From: Anaeromyces robustus
Taxonomy: Eukaryota
DNA: 64,000 nt
Assembly (NCBI GenBank): GCA_002104895.1
Contig: MCFG01000172.1
Coordinates: 1 to 64,000 of the forward strand
Direction: 5' to 3'
Part shown: positions 59,562-64,000 of the stretch, piece by piece
Numbering within the stretch: the stretch's first letter is position 1
Layout: the number at the start of each line of letters is the position of its first letter
The notes under the pieces: model-generated
Databases searched by the model: none
What the model saw: only the letters and a program-made list of their open reading frames with translations
What the model was told of the DNA's origin: nothing
Position numbers and translations under genes: made by a program

Positions 59562-61638
59562 TTATTTAACAAGTGGTTTAACATCAATAGAAACAGAGTT
59601 AGTATTATTGGTGGTGCCACTACTACTTGTTGCTCCACTAACTTTTTCTTCTACAACATTCTTTCCTTTTATATTCTTATTTTGTACTTCGTTTTCGTCG
59701 ACTTTTACATTAATTTCTTCTGTAGAAGATTCACCAACATCTCTATCTGTCATGATTCTTTCAGTTGATGCAGATGGATTAGTATTTTTCTTTTGATATG
59801 ATCTCTTGGAAAGGAAATAAAGAAGACCAAGAAGAAGTAATATGAAAAGAATAATACCAAGAATAATGAGAACAGTTTTTGTGGATGAACTCTTCTTCTT
59901 ATTTGAGGCTTCTTCAGCAGCGTCTTGAGCAGCAGCAGCAACAGAGTTTTCAGTATTGGTAATGAATCTATTACAACTATCATTTTGTTCAACATTTAAA
60001 TGAGTATTCTTAATATTACATGTATCAACTTTATTACCAAATGACTTGAAATTACCTCTTAAATTTGGATTATTTTCTAAATTACTATTATATATTATTG
60101 ATATTATATAATATAAAATAAATATATAAGTAAATAAAAAATAATAATAATCATATTAATAATAATAATTTATTTAATTATTTATTTAATATAATAATCT
60201 TTATTTATTCAATTTTTTTATATATAATTAAAGAAATGATATTGAAAACTTACATAGTTTTAAGTTCACTAAGTTGGTATAGAGAGTCTGGTAATTGTTG
60301 AAGTTTATTATTATTTAATGTTCTGAAATATTTTTTTATTTATTTATTTATTTGTAGGTGGTTAAATTTATAAAATTTGATAAATAATAATTATATTATT
60401 AAAATTTATTATTGGGAATATATTATTACAAAAGAATATATTTGGAATATATTAATATGAATTATACTTAAGAAAACTATAAAAAAAAATTATTTATTTA
60501 TTTTACTATACTTACAAGGTTTGTAATTTACTTAATTGGCCAATAGTATCAGGAAGAGCACTAACACCATTATTACTTAAATCTCTATTATATAAAAAAA
60601 TAAAAGAGTTTTAATTTTATTGTATTTTATTTATTTAAATAGAATTTATATTTAGTTTTAAATAATTTATATATTACAAATTTTCTAAAGATTTTAAGCC
60701 AGAAATTTCATTAGTAATATCTGTAATTTTATTATTCCAGAGATTTCTATATTTAATTATATTTTTAATTAAAAGCCAAAAAATTATTATTAATATAAAA
60801 TTAATTATATTTTTAATTAAAAGCCAAAAAATTATTATAAATACAAATTTATTTAAATGATTAAAGAATATTTTTTTTTTAAATATTTTTATTAATATAT
60901 AATTTTATATAAACTTACAAAGTTTTAAGATTTTGTAAAGCATTAAGTTTATATGGGAATTGTGTAATTTGACAGTTACTAAAATCACTGTTTATTTTTT
61001 TATAATATTAAAAATTTAAAAAGTATAAGTATTTAAGTATAAATTTTAAATTATATTAGTTTTTAAATATATATATCTATTATATTTTATTAAATATTAT
61101 TATTTCAATTTTTAAGGTAATGATTATAACTTACAGTTTTTCCAAATTATTCAATTGTAAAACACCATCTGGTATATCGTTAACATTATTATTATTTATT
61201 ACTGAACTATATGATTAAAATAAAATATAAACATGTAAAATAATAATATATAAATATAAATATAATTATTTATTAGTTTTTTTTTTTTTTTATAATTTTT
61301 AAAATACTAATTATTATATTATTATTATTTTCAATAATTGTTTATTTATATTATTTTTTTTTCAGATAATATTAATTATTATTAATTAATAATAAAAGCA
61401 AAAAAAAAAAAAAAATAAAAAAATTAAATAAATGATTATAATATTACAGTGAAGTAACAGAATTATCTTTACAAGAAACAACGTATTGATCACCTAAAGA
61501 ATAATCACAACAGTTTCCAGCTTCATTTATTTGATAACCATATCCTTTAAGTATATTTTTTACAACATCACAATCTTGAGCTTTAACTTTTAATAAACTT
61601 GCGAATAAAACTGCTGAAATATATTTTGCGTATCTCAT
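59562..61638 (-). CDS. LRR receptor-like single-pass membrane protein; exons 61638-61448, 61206-61135, 60987-60919, 60746-60678, 60584-60516, 60322-60254, 60084-59562
   Basis: Signal peptide MRYAKYISAVLFASLLKVKA, then a Cys cap 'DC...NCC...VSCKDNSVTSL'. LRRs include 'LDLSNNGVSALPDTIGQLSKLQT' and 'LTLNNNKLQQLPDSLYQLSELKT'. TM 'VLIILGIILFILLLLGLLYFL' precedes a short polar tail with no kinase domain. Confidence 0.92.
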
Positions 61639-62369
61639 TTTGAAATTTCTATATTTAATATTAAATATTTTTTTTTTTTATTATTTTATTTTTATATATA
61701 TTTATTCTATTTTATTAACTATAGTATTGTTTTTATTCAAATTCTATTTTTCTTTATTTATGTAATTATATTCTAATAATTTAATTTGATAAAATAATAA
61801 ATTAATTTAATTTTTATTTAAATTATATTATATATATTAATAATATAAATAAAGGTAATATAATTAAATCTCTTATTTGCTCTTAAATATATTATATTTT
61901 TATATGCGTATGTAAAAGGTTTCTTTAAAGTGTGGTTTAATTATAAAAAAAAAATAAAAAAAAAAAATTTTTTATAAGTTCTGAGAATACTTCATTTAAC
62001 ACGTGACTATTAAATATTATAAAAATTTTTATAAATATATATATAATAAAATTATTGTATTTTATAATATTAATAATATAATGATATTAATCATTATCAT
62101 CATTCATTATTTATTAATACCAATTAAGTTTTAATAAGGTTATGCATAATAAAAATAATATATCTAATTAATATAAATTAATATATAATAAATATATAAT
62201 AGATAAATAATAAATATATAAAATATAAATTGATAAATAATAAATATATAAAATATAATCTATATATTATATTATAATATATATTAATATATATTTTTTA
62301 AAATAATATATATATTTTTTTAATTATAAATTATATAAAATATCAATAAAATAAATAAATAATAAAAAT

Positions 62370-62429
<60 letters not shown>

Positions 62430-62430
62430 G

Positions 62431-62473
<43 letters not shown>

Positions 62474-62746
62474 AAAAATAAAAAATAATATTATTAATTA
62501 TAAATTAAAAAAATACATTTGATTTTTAAAGTAATAAATACTTTAATTTATTTATTATGATATAATTAAAGAAAAAATAGACCGTTTTTTATTATTCTGT
62601 TAAATTAAAAAAAATACTTTTAAATAAAAAAAATACTTTTAAATAAATAAAAAAATAAATAAAAAGTAATTATCCTTTAAATTCTAACATTTATCTCAAT
62701 TCCTTAGTAAGTACTATAGAATATTCCTATTATACTATAATGATTA

Positions 62747-62901
62747 TGCCAATTTAATTTAAAGTTCTTTATTTAGTACAATTGATAATACTTTTTGGTC
62801 ATTTAATAAAAACAAAAAAATAGTTGCCAATTTAATTTAAAGTTCTTTATTTAGTACAATTGATAATACTTTTGGTCATTTAATAAAAACAAAAAAATAG
62901 T
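62747..62901. repeat. Near-perfect tandem duplication, ~77-bp unit x2
   Basis: tgccaatttaatttaaagttctttatttagtacaattgataatactttt(t)ggtcatttaataaaaacaaaaaaatagt occurs twice. Confidence 0.95.
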
Positions 62902-62964
62902 TAATTCAGTTTATAAATTATATATTTTTAAAGTAAAAAATATATATCATTAATATTTCTATCT

Positions 62965-63260
62965 ATTTATTTATTTATTCATTCATTTATTTATTTATTT
63001 ATTAATTTATTTATTTATTTATTTTTATATTATTTATTCATTTATCTATAAATTTATCTATTATTTGTTTATTCATTTATTTATTAACAAAAATAATATT
63101 TATCGTTACACAATTGAGGTATTTTGAGATAAATAAATAAATAAACAAATAATAGATAAATTTATAGATAAATGAATAAATAATATAAAAATAAATAAAT
63201 AAATAAATTAATAAATAAATGAATAAATAAATAAATAAATTAATAAATAAATGAATAAAT
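62965..63260. repeat. Long inverted repeat (fold-back), ~120-bp arms with ~45-bp spacer
   Basis: Left 'ttatattatttattcatttatctataaatttatctattatttgtttatt' is the exact reverse complement of right 'aataaacaaataatagataaatttatagataaatgaataaataatataa'. Confidence 0.85.
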
Positions 63261-63619
63261 AAATAAATAAATAAATAATTGATAAACTAACGATCAAATT
63301 TAATTGTTAATATTGATATAATAAATATGCAAATAAATAAAAGAAATGGATTAATTTGATATTCTATTTATAAATAACAACAACAATAATAATAATTATA
63401 TACAATAATACAATAATATTTATATAAATAAAAATGAAGCTTTAATATTATAATTATAATTATAATTTTAATTATTATTTCTATTTACTATTATTAATTA
63501 TTATTATGTGGCTTTTCTTTAATTAAAATTTTACTTTAATCAAATTAGATCATTCAAACTTTTTTTAAGATAATATTTTAGATAATAATATTTTTACTTT
63601 TATATTTTTCTATGTGTTT

Positions 63620-63853
63620 TTTATTTTATTTTATTTTATTTTATTTTATTTTATTTTATTTTATTTTATTTTATTTTATTTTATTTTATTTTATTTTATT
63701 TTATTTTATTTTATTTTATTTTATTTTATTTTATTTTATTTTATTTTATTTTATTTTATTTTATTTTATTTTATTTTATTTTATTTTATTTTATTTTATT
63801 TTATTTTATTTTATTTTATTTTATTTTATTTTATTTTATTTTATTTTATTTTA
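63620..63853. repeat. (TTTTA)n microsatellite
   Basis: Seen directly. Confidence 0.95.
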
Positions 63854-64000
63854 CTTTTTACTGAATTATACAACCTAATAACTTTTTTTTTACTTATTTA
63901 AAACTGATATTTTATTAAACTCAACATTTTATTCAGAAATTGTATATCCTGAATATTATATATATTATATCAAAATCTAAGTATAAAACTACCATGGATA

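Overview
This is extremely AT-rich, intron-rich eukaryotic DNA with abundant (AAT)n, (TAAA)n and (TAAAA)n microsatellites. Composition and gene content best fit an anaerobic gut fungus (Neocallimastigomycota); that assignment is inference. The first ~5 kb hold decayed non-LTR (LINE) fragments and a ~650-bp direct duplication. Eleven protein genes follow, reconstructed by hand from GT-AG sites: a 7-TM protein, a very large NTO1/BRPF-like chromatin scaffold, intronless URA5/pyrE, RBX1, a KEX2-like convertase, a 9-exon orphan helical protein, two tandem CAMK-like kinases, a PHO13-like HAD phosphatase, a single-pass protein with a tiny Cys ectodomain, and an LRR receptor-like protein. The most notable observation is that the orphan aligns by eye, colinearly, with Fanconi anaemia core subunit FANCC. 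Other highlights: both kinases lack a canonical Gly-rich loop and one is tail-anchored; a codon-atypical globular island sits in frame inside poly-Asn of the NTO1-like tail; and the LRR gene has one repeat per exon. Most short ORFs in the supplied track are microsatellite or antisense artefacts.
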